DNA of 64,000 nucleotides from an uncultured Candidatus Binatia bacterium (GTDB lineage Bacteria; Desulfobacterota; Binatia; UBA9968; JAJDTQ01): NCBI GenBank assembly GCA_965213675.1, contig OZ243916.1, positions 1,152,001 to 1,216,000 of the forward strand, read 5' to 3'. Shown piece by piece: positions 8,201 to 17,229 of this stretch (position 1 is its first letter; each line of letters starts with the position of its first letter). The notes under the pieces were generated by a model. It saw only the letters and a program-made list of their open reading frames with translations, ran no database searches and was not told where the DNA came from. The position numbers and the translations under genes were made by a program.

Positions 8201-9475
8201 ATGGTACAGCCGGGCGCCGAGTCTTTACGGAAAATCGCCGTTGTGGGGCGAGGAACCGCCGGGTCCATGGCGACCGCCAGCATCACGCACGCCCTCCGGG
8301 ACACGGACCACGAACTGCACCACATCTACGACTCGCGCATTCCGGTCATCGGCGTGGGTGAAGGCAGTTGGCCAAGCCTCGTTCGTGGGTTGCAGCAACA
8401 GACGCGCCTTCCCCTTGACGCGATTCAAATGCGCGTGAATGGAACCCGCAAGTACGGCGTGGCATTCGAGGGCTGGGGCCGGCGCAACCGAAACTTCATC
8501 CATTACTTCATGCCGCGCCACAAGTCCTACGGCTACCATCTGTCTGCCGACTTGATGGCGGATCTCCTGCGGGAACACACGAGAGCGCGCCACATCGACG
8601 CCAAAGTGCTTGACATCACCAGGGTGGAGGGCGGCGCCCGGGTGGACTTCGAGAATCTGGCGCCGGAACGCTACGATCTGGTCTTCGATGCCCGTGGTTT
8701 TCCGAGAGAACTTCATCCCGACCAGCACATCCACATCCCCTTCATCCCCACCAATACGGCCGTCATCCGCCGCTGTCCGGCGATCTTCGAGGAAGCGCAG
8801 GACGGGCCGGTTCTGCAACACACCTTTACCCGCGCCGTCGCGCGTCCCCACGGCTGGATATTCGTGATTCCGCTTACGACGCACACGTCCTGCGGGTACA
8901 TCTTCAACCGCGACATATCGAGCCCCGCCGCGGTCGAGTCCGACTTCGACGCGTTCCTCAAGACGGAAGGAATATCCGAATTCGAGCAACGCGCCGTCAT
9001 TCCGTTCCCGAATTTCGTCCATCGCGCCATGTATGACGGCGCAATAGCACGCATCGGCAATGCGGCGACGTTCATGGAACCCCTTGAAGCGACGGCGATC
9101 GGGGGCGCCGGGGCCCAGATCGGACTGGTTCTCCATGCGCGCCTCAGCCGTCCGGCGGAAAAACTCGAAGAGGACGCACCGGTGGTGAACCGGTTTCTCG
9201 TCACGAACATGCTCTCCTTCGGCCTGTTCGTCGGTTGGCACTATGCCCGCGGCTCGAACTACGACAGCGGTTTCTGGCGCCATGCTCGTGATCACGCCTG
9301 GCCGCGGCACCGCAGCGCGTTGGAAACCGAGCCGGCGGGTTCCCCCGCGCTCCGGAGTTTCGACGAGATGCTCGAAGCGACGGCCCGCGCCGTCATCGAT
9401 GCAGCGGACCGGAAACGGGCATGCGGATTCCCGTTCAGCAGCTATTACCAGATGTCTCAGGGGCTCGGCTGTTGA
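8201..9475 (+). CDS. Flavin-dependent tryptophan halogenase-family protein
   Basis: GRGTAG FAD motif, IGVGEG, GTRKYGV (catalytic Lys position), GWIFVIP, FMEPLEATA. Confidence 0.85.
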   Translation: MVQPGAESLRKIAVVGRGTAGSMATASITHALRDTDHELHHIYDSRIPVIGVGEGSWPSLVRGLQQQTRLPLDAIQMRVNGTRKYGVAFEGWGRRNRNFIHYFMPRHKSYGYHLSADLMADLLREHTRARHIDAKVLDITRVEGGARVDFENLAPERYDLVFDARGFPRELHPDQHIHIPFIPTNTAVIRRCPAIFEEAQDGPVLQHTFTRAVARPHGWIFVIPLTTHTSCGYIFNRDISSPAAVESDFDAFLKTEGISEFEQRAVIPFPNFVHRAMYDGAIARIGNAATFMEPLEATAIGGAGAQIGLVLHARLSRPAEKLEEDAPVVNRFLVTNMLSFGLFVGWHYARGSNYDSGFWRHARDHAWPRHRSALETEPAGSPALRSFDEMLEATARAVIDAADRKRACGFPFSSYYQMSQGLGC

Positions 9476-9569
9476 CATCGTTCCCGCAATGTCACTAAGG
9501 TCTGCACCTATCCGGCTTCGGCCGAGGCATCAACTGGTCGGGAAAGCCCCGGCAAAGGAGGGTATACGG

Positions 9570-10556
9570 ATGAAGAAGATTGCACTCGGGGCGTTCGTCG
9601 CCCTGTTCGTTCTGGCCGCATCCGCGCAGGCAGAGGTCACGATAAAACTCAGCACCTGCCTGGCAAAGACCCACGACCAAGTGGAAACGTATTTCCAGGC
9701 CTTCTTCGACAAGTTCAACGAAGCGGCAAAGGGCGAGGCCAAGATCCACTACGTGGGCGGCCCGGAAGTTTCGCCGCGGCAGAAGCAGGGTCCGGCGCTC
9801 AGGCGCGGCCTGGTGGACATGATCTTCTGCCCCATGGGCTACTACGAGGGAATGGTGGCGGAAGCCGGCCTGACCTCGGTGACCAACCTGTCCACCAAGG
9901 AACTGCGTGAAAACGGCGCCATCGACCAGCTCCAACCGGTGTGGGCCAAGAAATTCAACGGGATGATCCTCGGCTGGTGCTGCTACGGCGTCGACTTCCA
10001 CATCTACACCACCTTCAAACCCGAGACGAACACCAAGACCGGCCTTGATCTGTCGGGCCACAAGATGCGCTCCACCGCAACGTACAGACCCTTCCTCAGC
10101 GCCATGGGGGCCATTCCCGTCACCATGGCAGCCGCGGAAATGTACACCGGCCTGCAACGAGGCGTGGTGAAGGGGCTCGCATGGCCGGAGGGAGCACTGG
10201 CCAAGTACGGGGTCCAGAAGTTCCTCAAGTACCGCGTCTACCCTGGCTTCTATCGCAGCGGCTCCATGGTCGTGATCAACCTGGACAAGTTCAAGTCCTA
10301 TCCCAAGTCCGTGCAGGACAAGCTGGTCCAGGCGGGTCTGGCGTTCGAGCAAGGCAGCGAGCCCATTCTCCGCGCGAAGGCCGACGCGGACAACGAGAAG
10401 CTGTGGGCTTCGGGCCTTCAAAAGCTGGAGCTCAAGGGCGAAGAGCGAAAGGCTTATCTGCGCACCGTATACGAGCTCGCCTGGGAGGTACGGAAGGACA
10501 AGCCGTATACCGTCCCGTTTGCAAAGCTCAAGGAGAAGATGTACCGCGCGCCCTGA
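9570..10556 (+). CDS. dctP: TRAP transporter substrate-binding protein
   Basis: Signal peptide, DLSGHKMR, EMYTGLQRGVV; GGAGG RBS upstream of ATG 9570. Confidence 0.88.
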   Translation: MKKIALGAFVALFVLAASAQAEVTIKLSTCLAKTHDQVETYFQAFFDKFNEAAKGEAKIHYVGGPEVSPRQKQGPALRRGLVDMIFCPMGYYEGMVAEAGLTSVTNLSTKELRENGAIDQLQPVWAKKFNGMILGWCCYGVDFHIYTTFKPETNTKTGLDLSGHKMRSTATYRPFLSAMGAIPVTMAAAEMYTGLQRGVVKGLAWPEGALAKYGVQKFLKYRVYPGFYRSGSMVVINLDKFKSYPKSVQDKLVQAGLAFEQGSEPILRAKADADNEKLWASGLQKLELKGEERKAYLRTVYELAWEVRKDKPYTVPFAKLKEKMYRAP

Positions 10557-10579
10557 GGGCCGCACGGTCCAAACAGCAG

Positions 10580-10623
10580 GAAACGCCCCCCATCCGCGGT
10601 GCCGGATCGGGGGCGTTTCTTTT
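10580..10623 (+). terminator. Rho-independent terminator after dctP
   Basis: GAAACGCCCCC...GGGGGCGTTTC stem followed by TTTT. Confidence 0.75.
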
Positions 10624-10645
10624 GGCTGCCCGGAACGGCCCCCCC

Positions 10646-10694
10646 GGATTCCCGCTCCCCGATCGGGATCGGCGACAGGTTTCGCGGGAATGAC
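10646..10694. repeat. REP-like palindrome of the GTCATTCCCGC...GCGGGAATCC type
   Basis: Reverse complement aligns to 52108-52156. Confidence 0.7.
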
Positions 10695-10731
10695 CGGGGA
10701 GAACGGGGATGACGGCCCAGGCGCGTCCGCT

Positions 10732-12042
10732 TCAATCCATCAGATTGGGGAGCCACAGCGCGAGCTGGGGTTCCCAGATCAGGATAAGGATCAGGATCAG
10801 ATCGCACACCAGGAACGGGATCGCCGCGTTGGCCACCTGCAGCAGCGTGGTGCCCTTGGGCGCCACCCCCAACATGACGTAGAGCAGCAAACCGAAGGGC
10901 GGCGTAGTGCCCGCCATCTCCAGCGTCATCAGCACGAACAGTCCGAACCAGATCAGGTCGAAGCCCAGGGCCTCGGCCAGGGGAAAGAAGATCGGCACGG
11001 TGATGAGCATCATGGAGGTGGCGTCCATGAACATGCCCAGCACGATGAGGATCAGGAACATGACCGCCAGCACCACCAGGCGGGACACCTCGAAGCCGGT
11101 GGCCCAGTCCAGCATGCCGGCGGTGGCGCCCGAGTAGGCCAGAAGCTGGCTGAACACCGTCGAGTTCATGATGATGAGGAACACCATGCCGGCCACCCGC
11201 ACGGTGCCCGACAGGGATGTGCGAATGGCCTCCCACTTGAGCACGCGGAAGGCCACGGCCAGGATGGCGACCCCCAGCACGCCGCAGGCCGCGGACTCGG
11301 TGGGGGTGGCGAGGCCCAGGATGATGAAGCCGATGACCATGAAGATCACCAGGCTCACAGGCAGGATGTTGAAGGTGACGAACTTGATCTTTTGGGCCCA
11401 CGTGGTGGGCGGCACGTCATAGGCCGGCGCACCCGCGGGGTTGATGATGATCTGGAGGTACAACATGCCGGCGTACAGCAGGGCCAGGACGAACCCCGGC
11501 AAAAAACCCGCGATCAGCAAACGGCCCACGTCGATGTTGGCGACGCTGGCGAGAAGCACCGCCAGCGCCGACGGCGGGATGATCATGGCCAGTCCGCCGG
11601 TGCCCAGGATGGGCCCCATGGACATGCGCCAGTTGTAGCCCCGGCGCTGCATCTCCGGCACCAGCAGCGATCCCAGCATGGCGGTGTTGGCCATGGAGGA
11701 GCCGGTGAGAGTGGAGAAGATCGTGCCGCCGGCCACCGTCAGGTAACAGAGCCGGCCCCTGAGCTTGCCGAACAGGCTGTCGAGCCCGTCGAACACGCGG
11801 ATCGCCAGTCCGGTATGAAAGAACAGGGCCCCCATGAGGATGAACATGGGCACGGGACCCAGGGTGAAGCGGGTGATCAGCACGGTGGAGTTGTCCGCCA
11901 CCTGGATGAAGCCGTGGACGCCGGCAAAGATGAAGATGCCGACGAAATTGGTGGCGATGAAGGCGAAGGCCACGGGGACCCCAATGGCCATCAGACAGAC
12001 GACCATGCCCACCAGAAAAGCGAATGCCCAGTACCATTCCAT
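10732..12042 (-). CDS. dctM: TRAP transporter large permease
   Basis: VPMFILMG, TGSSMAN, GGLAMIIPPS, TTPPFG; TGATG overlap with dctQ. Confidence 0.92.
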   Translation of the reverse strand: MEWYWAFAFLVGMVVCLMAIGVPVAFAFIATNFVGIFIFAGVHGFIQVADNSTVLITRFTLGPVPMFILMGALFFHTGLAIRVFDGLDSLFGKLRGRLCYLTVAGGTIFSTLTGSSMANTAMLGSLLVPEMQRRGYNWRMSMGPILGTGGLAMIIPPSALAVLLASVANIDVGRLLIAGFLPGFVLALLYAGMLYLQIIINPAGAPAYDVPPTTWAQKIKFVTFNILPVSLVIFMVIGFIILGLATPTESAACGVLGVAILAVAFRVLKWEAIRTSLSGTVRVAGMVFLIIMNSTVFSQLLAYSGATAGMLDWATGFEVSRLVVLAVMFLILIVLGMFMDATSMMLITVPIFFPLAEALGFDLIWFGLFVLMTLEMAGTTPPFGLLLYVMLGVAPKGTTLLQVANAAIPFLVCDLILILILIWEPQLALWLPNLMD

Positions 12043-12554
12043 CACACGTTCTCCCGTACCGCGGTGCGGGACGTGTACATCGTGTCCACGCCTGCCAGGA
12101 ACCGGAAGAACTCGAAGGCGATCATGGCGAACGACACCGGCATGGGAGCGAGGAGCATCCAAAGCGGTTGGGCTTCACCCCGGATGTCCATCTCGCCCGA
12201 GAGAAACGCGTCGATGAGGAGGTCGGTGGAAAAGTAGATGAAGAAGAGGCAGCAGAGGATGCAGATGACATAGACCAGCTTGGCCAGCACGTACTGCACG
12301 ATCAGCGGAAGCAGTGAGACCAGTGAATCCACGAACACGTGGCCTTTCATGCGCACCAGCCACGGCGCTCCCAGCATGGTGAACCACAGGAGCCCGTACT
12401 CGACCACGCCCAGCGTGTAGGAGGACGGCTGGAGCCCCAGGAGACGTACGAACACCTCGGTGACAATGAGAAAGAAGATCAGAAAGACCACGATCTCCGC
12501 GCCGATCTTGAACGCGTTGAGGAGTCCTTCGTATGCTCGCGCCAGGCTCTGCAT
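12042..12554 (-). CDS. dctQ: TRAP transporter small permease (alternative start 12575)
   Basis: Four TM segments, GHVFVD motif, directly upstream of dctM. Confidence 0.88.
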   Translation of the reverse strand: MQSLARAYEGLLNAFKIGAEIVVFLIFFLIVTEVFVRLLGLQPSSYTLGVVEYGLLWFTMLGAPWLVRMKGHVFVDSLVSLLPLIVQYVLAKLVYVICILCCLFFIYFSTDLLIDAFLSGEMDIRGEAQPLWMLLAPMPVSFAMIAFEFFRFLAGVDTMYTSRTAVRENV

Positions 12555-12744
12555 CCTGCCTCCATCCTGTTCCATTCCGGACCCGTGGTCGACCCCCCGT
12601 AAACGGAAATTTTCTGCTTTTATCGTCTCCCAACACTGCTGTCAAAGCAGTTTGCGGCAAAATCGCCATTTCTTGACGGGAAACGCCGCCCGGTGATACC
12701 GCTCTTGGAGCGGAGGCGCCGCCTCGCGGCGAAAAGGAGTTGTC

Positions 12745-13641
12745 ATGTTCCCACATCTCACCCGTTTCAATCTCAGGAACTGGATCGACGAGAACCGGGG
12801 CGACTGGGGCCGGCGGAGGGTCATCTGGGAAGACTCGGACTTCATCGTCTTCGTCACCCGAGGCCCCAACACCCGCACGGACTTCCACATCAACCCGGGA
12901 GACGAGATCTTCTACCAGCTCGAGGGGGAGTTGAACCTCCACTACCTGACCCCGGACAACAAGCCGGAGGTAGCGGTGCTCAAGGAGGGCGAGATGTTCC
13001 TGCTGCCCCGCTTCGTGCCCCATTCGCCGCGCCGGGAGGACGGTTCCTACACCCTGGTGGTGGAACGGGTGCGGCGGCCGGACGAGGACGACCGTTTCAT
13101 CTGGGTGTGCCGCAACTGCACCCATCAGATCTACGAGACCACGGCCTACTTCAACGATCCCGCGGACGCGGTCGCCAAGGCCTACGAGGCCATGGCCGAG
13201 GACGAGACCCTGCGCCACTGCGCCCAATGCGGGCAGACCGAACCCGCGGTAAGGAGCGAGGGGCCGGCCTTCGTCTGGACGAGGGTAGCCGCAACGACAG
13301 CAACCTGGAGGGGCGCCATGGCCGTCATCGACGCCGAGGCCCGCCGCAGGATCGTCGACGACTATGCGAGGGCGTTGCATGGGCTCCAACCGAGCGACCG
13401 CGCATCAAGGCACGAGGCTGCCACTGTGGCGCGGCACTGGGCGTGCGCGGGCAATTCGGGCCTATGTCTACCCTATCCGCCAGACCGTCACGCCACCCCG
13501 GGCGTCGAGCGCGGCAAGCGCGCGCCCATCTGGCCGCCAGTACAGTTCCGCCCCTATGCCCGCCAAAACCGCGGCTCCGACAGGACGGCCTTTTCCATCA
13601 CTCTTAAGCGACCACACCACTACGGTGCCATCCCGTGCTGA
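12745..13641 (+). CDS. nbaC: 3-hydroxyanthranilate 3,4-dioxygenase; native domain about 170 aa, then read-through extension
   Basis: GPNTRTDFHINPGDEIFYQLEG, VPHSP, LVVER, CRNC...CAQC. The tail overlaps the WD40 gene. Confidence 0.8.
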   Translation: MFPHLTRFNLRNWIDENRGDWGRRRVIWEDSDFIVFVTRGPNTRTDFHINPGDEIFYQLEGELNLHYLTPDNKPEVAVLKEGEMFLLPRFVPHSPRREDGSYTLVVERVRRPDEDDRFIWVCRNCTHQIYETTAYFNDPADAVAKAYEAMAEDETLRHCAQCGQTEPAVRSEGPAFVWTRVAATTATWRGAMAVIDAEARRRIVDDYARALHGLQPSDRASRHEAATVARHWACAGNSGLCLPYPPDRHATPGVERGKRAPIWPPVQFRPYARQNRGSDRTAFSITLKRPHHYGAIPC

Positions 13642-14508
13642 CGAGGCCAGGCGCTTCCCGCGGTGAGCGAAGGCAAGCGTTGTGACGGGTTGAGCATGAC
13701 GTTTTAGAACGCCGGGCCGAGTGCCTTCGGGACCCCCTCCCCGGAAGCACCAGACCGTCACTTCGGCGCCTCCGCCGGTGGCCAGGAGGGTGGCCGTATC
13801 ATCGAAGGCCAGGGCCGACGGTTTGGCGGGATATCCGGACATCATGGAGTCCTGCGCCGTGGAACGACGCCAGAAGTGCACCGAGTTTTCCTGGCTGCCG
13901 CAGGCCACGATATCCCCGTCCGGGCTCAGTACCATCGACACCAAGGATCCCTGCCACTCCAGCTTCTGGCGAAGCTCCCCAGTGGGCACGTCGAAGAACG
14001 TCACTCGACAGTAACAGGCCGTCGCCAACTCCCCTGCGCTGGACCAGGCGATGGCGCTGACGGTGCTGGGATGATCATCCGATCGCCAAACTTCTCCGCC
14101 GTCCGCACCATACGCGCGGACCTGCCGGGAGCAGGAGGCCGCCAGCCATTGGCCGTCCGGCGACCACGCCACGTTCTCCACCCAACCGCTGCCGACGTCG
14201 ATGGCCTGTTTTACCTGACCCTCGGCGACATCCCAGACAAGGACTCGTCCGTCCTGGCCTGCCGTAGCGAACGCGGTTCCGCTTGGGTGGATCGCCATCG
14301 CGAGCATGCCGCCATCATGACCGACCTGCCGCGCCCAGGCGCTTGCGCCGGACTTGCCGTCGAACGCGTAGACGCCACCCGCGGCGTCACCCACCACCAG
14401 GGCCTTACCGCGGAGGGTCCAGCCTCCGGCGATGGCGTAGTCGCCGACCGCCGCGGACCAGCCCCGGCGAAGAACACCGCTCGGGCTGTCGACACTCAAC
14501 TTAGACAT
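13468..14508 (-). CDS. WD40-repeat beta-propeller protein
   Basis: Repeated units ATAGQDGRVLVWD, VAWSPDGQWLA, LASSARDGTVVVW. Confidence 0.9.
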   Translation of the reverse strand: MSKLSVDSPSGVLRRGWSAAVGDYAIAGGWTLRGKALVVGDAAGGVYAFDGKSGASAWARQVGHDGGMLAMAIHPSGTAFATAGQDGRVLVWDVAEGQVKQAIDVGSGWVENVAWSPDGQWLAASCSRQVRAYGADGGEVWRSDDHPSTVSAIAWSSAGELATACYCRVTFFDVPTGELRQKLEWQGSLVSMVLSPDGDIVACGSQENSVHFWRRSTAQDSMMSGYPAKPSALAFDDTATLLATGGGAEVTVWCFRGGGPEGTRPGVLKRHAQPVTTLAFAHRGKRLASSARDGTVVVWSLKSDGKGRPVGAAVLAGIGAELYWRPDGRALAALDARGGVTVWRIG

Positions 14509-15842
14509 GCCTCGAATCCCTGCCTCATGCTCTGCTCATCGAGGTTGCGGCCGATGAAGACGAGCTGATTGCGCCGGGGCGAGTCTCCCCATGGACGATC
14601 CGGCTGGCCGTCAAAGAGCATGTGAACCCCCTGGAAGACGAAGCGACGCGACTCACCCGCGAGGCTGATAAAGCCCTTCATTCGGAAGATGTCCACCCCG
14701 CGATCAGCGAGCAATTCGCCAAGCCAGGCGTTGAGCTTTTCGGGATCGACGTCGCCGTCCCTCTCGATGGCGATCGAGCCCACCTCGTCGTCGTGTTCGT
14801 GCTGTGCGACCCAGGTGCGCTCGACCTCCGGCCTGAGGGTCGCTCCTTCCGCGTTCGCCAGTTGGAGATCGAACTCTTCCGCGGTGTGCTGGGTGTAGAA
14901 ACCAACCCGCACCGGCGTATCGACCGCCAGGAAGAACGACTTGCGCCCCGGTGACGCGAGCGGGAGGTTCACATGCTTTCCGACAGGAATCTCGTCCCCC
15001 GGGCAAATGATTTCCGCAGGTTCGGCGTACCACCGCACACACTGTTCCGCACTCTCGCGGAGGGCAGCGTCATCCGTGCCCTGGTCGGACACGACGACGA
15101 GCGACATCGCCGGATCAGGTCCGTCGGCGAGACTGAGTTCGTAGCGGCCGATATCGAGCGAATAGACTCCAGTCCATTCGAACGGATACTCCGGCTCAAG
15201 GAAGGTGGGGCGACGCTCGAGCACCTTGTCCAGTTCGAAGGCACCCAAGTTGAGCACCGTATCGACGGAGACGTTCGCCCGTTCGCTGCGCACGACTCGC
15301 GCCATTCGGTTCATTTCCCGGAGCCGAGCTTCGAGCCTGTCCAGTGCCTCGTCGTTGACGAGGTCCGTCTTGTTCAGAACGAGGACGTCCGCGAACGCGA
15401 CTTGCTCGGTGCTCTCGTCGCTTCGCCCGAGCTGCTGATCGATGTGGGCTGCATCGACGAGCGTGACGATCCCGTCAAGCGAGAACTCCTCGCGAATCTC
15501 GTCGTCCATGAAGAAGGTCTGAGCGACCGGGCCGGGATCGGCGAGCCCTGTGGTCTCCACCAACACATAGTCGAACTTGTCGCGGCGCTTCATGAGATTG
15601 CCGAGCACGCGGATCAGGTCTCCGCGCACCGTGCAGCAGATGCAGCCGTTCGACATCTCGAAGACCTCTTCGTCAGCGTCGATGACGAGCGCCTGATCGA
15701 TGCCGACCTCCCCGTACTCGTTCTCGATCACGGCAATGCGCTTACCGTGCTCCTCGCTCAAGATCCGGTTGAGCAGGGTCGTCTTGCCAGAGCCGAGGAA
15801 GCCGGTGAGGATGGAAACAGGTATTTTTTGTGGAGCGTTCAT
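14496..15842 (-). CDS. COG0523/CobW family G3E GTPase zinc metallochaperone
   Basis: GFLGSGKTT, GCICC, ETTGLADP, LNKTD, C-terminal FRMKG...FQGVH. Confidence 0.93.
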   Translation of the reverse strand: MNAPQKIPVSILTGFLGSGKTTLLNRILSEEHGKRIAVIENEYGEVGIDQALVIDADEEVFEMSNGCICCTVRGDLIRVLGNLMKRRDKFDYVLVETTGLADPGPVAQTFFMDDEIREEFSLDGIVTLVDAAHIDQQLGRSDESTEQVAFADVLVLNKTDLVNDEALDRLEARLREMNRMARVVRSERANVSVDTVLNLGAFELDKVLERRPTFLEPEYPFEWTGVYSLDIGRYELSLADGPDPAMSLVVVSDQGTDDAALRESAEQCVRWYAEPAEIICPGDEIPVGKHVNLPLASPGRKSFFLAVDTPVRVGFYTQHTAEEFDLQLANAEGATLRPEVERTWVAQHEHDDEVGSIAIERDGDVDPEKLNAWLGELLADRGVDIFRMKGFISLAGESRRFVFQGVHMLFDGQPDRPWGDSPRRNQLVFIGRNLDEQSMRQGFEACLS

Positions 15843-16153
15843 AGCTGGTTCTCCTGAAGCAGAGGTGCGAGTATTGAAACTTGGACGTCGAACCCCCACG
15901 CCTTGCAGACCTGGACCAGGTCGTCGGCGTCAACGGTGTCCGTGGTTTTGTGAAGCTTGTGTTGCAGCGGCGGGCCATCGGGCCGAAGCAGAGCAACCAC
16001 GGTCTCGATGGGCGGACACCCCTCTTCGCGACATGCCAACTCGGTGACCGTAACCGTCGCACCATCGGGAAGGCTCAGCGCTGCGCGCAATGCCTCCTTG
16101 ACTTGTCGAACCCGTTCGCGATTCGGGCTACGCGGTGTTGTGTTGATCAACAT
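15839..16153 (-). CDS. Small Cys-motif protein (ELACREEGCPPIET)
   Basis: Overlaps the COG0523 start; RBS present; C-x4-C-PP motif. Confidence 0.7.
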   Translation of the reverse strand: MLINTTPRSPNRERVRQVKEALRAALSLPDGATVTVTELACREEGCPPIETVVALLRPDGPPLQHKLHKTTDTVDADDLVQVCKAWGFDVQVSILAPLLQENQL

Positions 16154-16244
16154 GTCCTCTCTTCTCCTTGCGACACGGTGCGACCGAAGATGGGGCCGGA
16201 TGGCGTCACGGCAGCAGGCGTTTCAGCGCCACGGCTGCCCCTGC

Positions 16245-17207
16245 TCATTTCGTGAAGGCCTTGACGAGTTCGCTCGCGTTGTGGCGGAACATGTCGAGAT
16301 AGGTCGGCGCCGGATCGGTGGCCCCGGAAAGCGAGTCCGCGTAGAGCGTACCCCCAACGACGGCCTCGGCTTCGCGGGCGAGTTGCTGCACCAGGCGGGG
16401 GTCAGTGATGTTGTCGACGAACAATGTGTGGATGCCCTCATCCCGGATCTGGCGAATGAGTGTGGCCACTTCGCCTGCCGACGGCTCGTCTTCGGTGCTG
16501 AGACCGACCGGGGCATGAAATTCGATGCCGTAGGCGCGCCCAAAGTACCGGAACGCGTCGTGCGATGTGATCACCTTGCGCCGCTCCGCGGGGACGGCGT
16601 CGAGGCGGCCGCGGATGTCCCGATCCAGCATCGCCAGCTCGCCATCGTAAGCTTCGGCACGGCGGCGGTAGTCGTTGGCATGCGCCGTATCGGCCGCGGC
16701 AAGTGCACGAGCGACATTGGCGACATAGATGCGTCCGTTGGCGAGATCCTGCCAGCCGTGAGGGTCGAACCCGCCTTCGTGGTGGTGTTCGTCCTTCTCC
16801 GACTTTTCGGCGGCAACGGATGCGTCCCCATGGCCATGTCCGTGATCCTCTTCCGCCCTTAACAAAGCGATTCCTTCGCTGGCCACGACAACCGGCCCCT
16901 TGTAGCCGGATGCCTTGACGAGCCGGTCGATCCAGCCTTCGAAGCCAAGGCCGTTGACGAGGACCAGGTCCGCCTGGGCCAGCGCGCGCGCATCGGCCGG
17001 AGTCGGTTCGTAGACGTGAGCATCACCGTCCGGCCCCACCAGCGTGGTGACGGTGACGTGCTCCCCGCCGACATTCTTCACCATGTCCCCGAGAACGGTG
17101 AAGGTGGCAACGACCTTGAGCTTTTCGGCTGCCCAGGATGGAGACGTCGCGGCGACGGCGAGGGTGACAAGGGCAGCCAGAATCAAACGGCGTGAAATGC
17201 GATGCAT
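16245..17207 (-). CDS. Zn/Mn ABC transporter substrate-binding protein (AztC/ZnuA-like)
   Basis: DAHVYEPTP, His-rich loop, DPHGW, SHDAFRYF. Confidence 0.92.
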   Translation of the reverse strand: MHRISRRLILAALVTLAVAATSPSWAAEKLKVVATFTVLGDMVKNVGGEHVTVTTLVGPDGDAHVYEPTPADARALAQADLVLVNGLGFEGWIDRLVKASGYKGPVVVASEGIALLRAEEDHGHGHGDASVAAEKSEKDEHHHEGGFDPHGWQDLANGRIYVANVARALAAADTAHANDYRRRAEAYDGELAMLDRDIRGRLDAVPAERRKVITSHDAFRYFGRAYGIEFHAPVGLSTEDEPSAGEVATLIRQIRDEGIHTLFVDNITDPRLVQQLAREAEAVVGGTLYADSLSGATDPAPTYLDMFRHNASELVKAFTK

Positions 17208-17229
17208 GGTTTGAATCCTCCTTTGCGAT

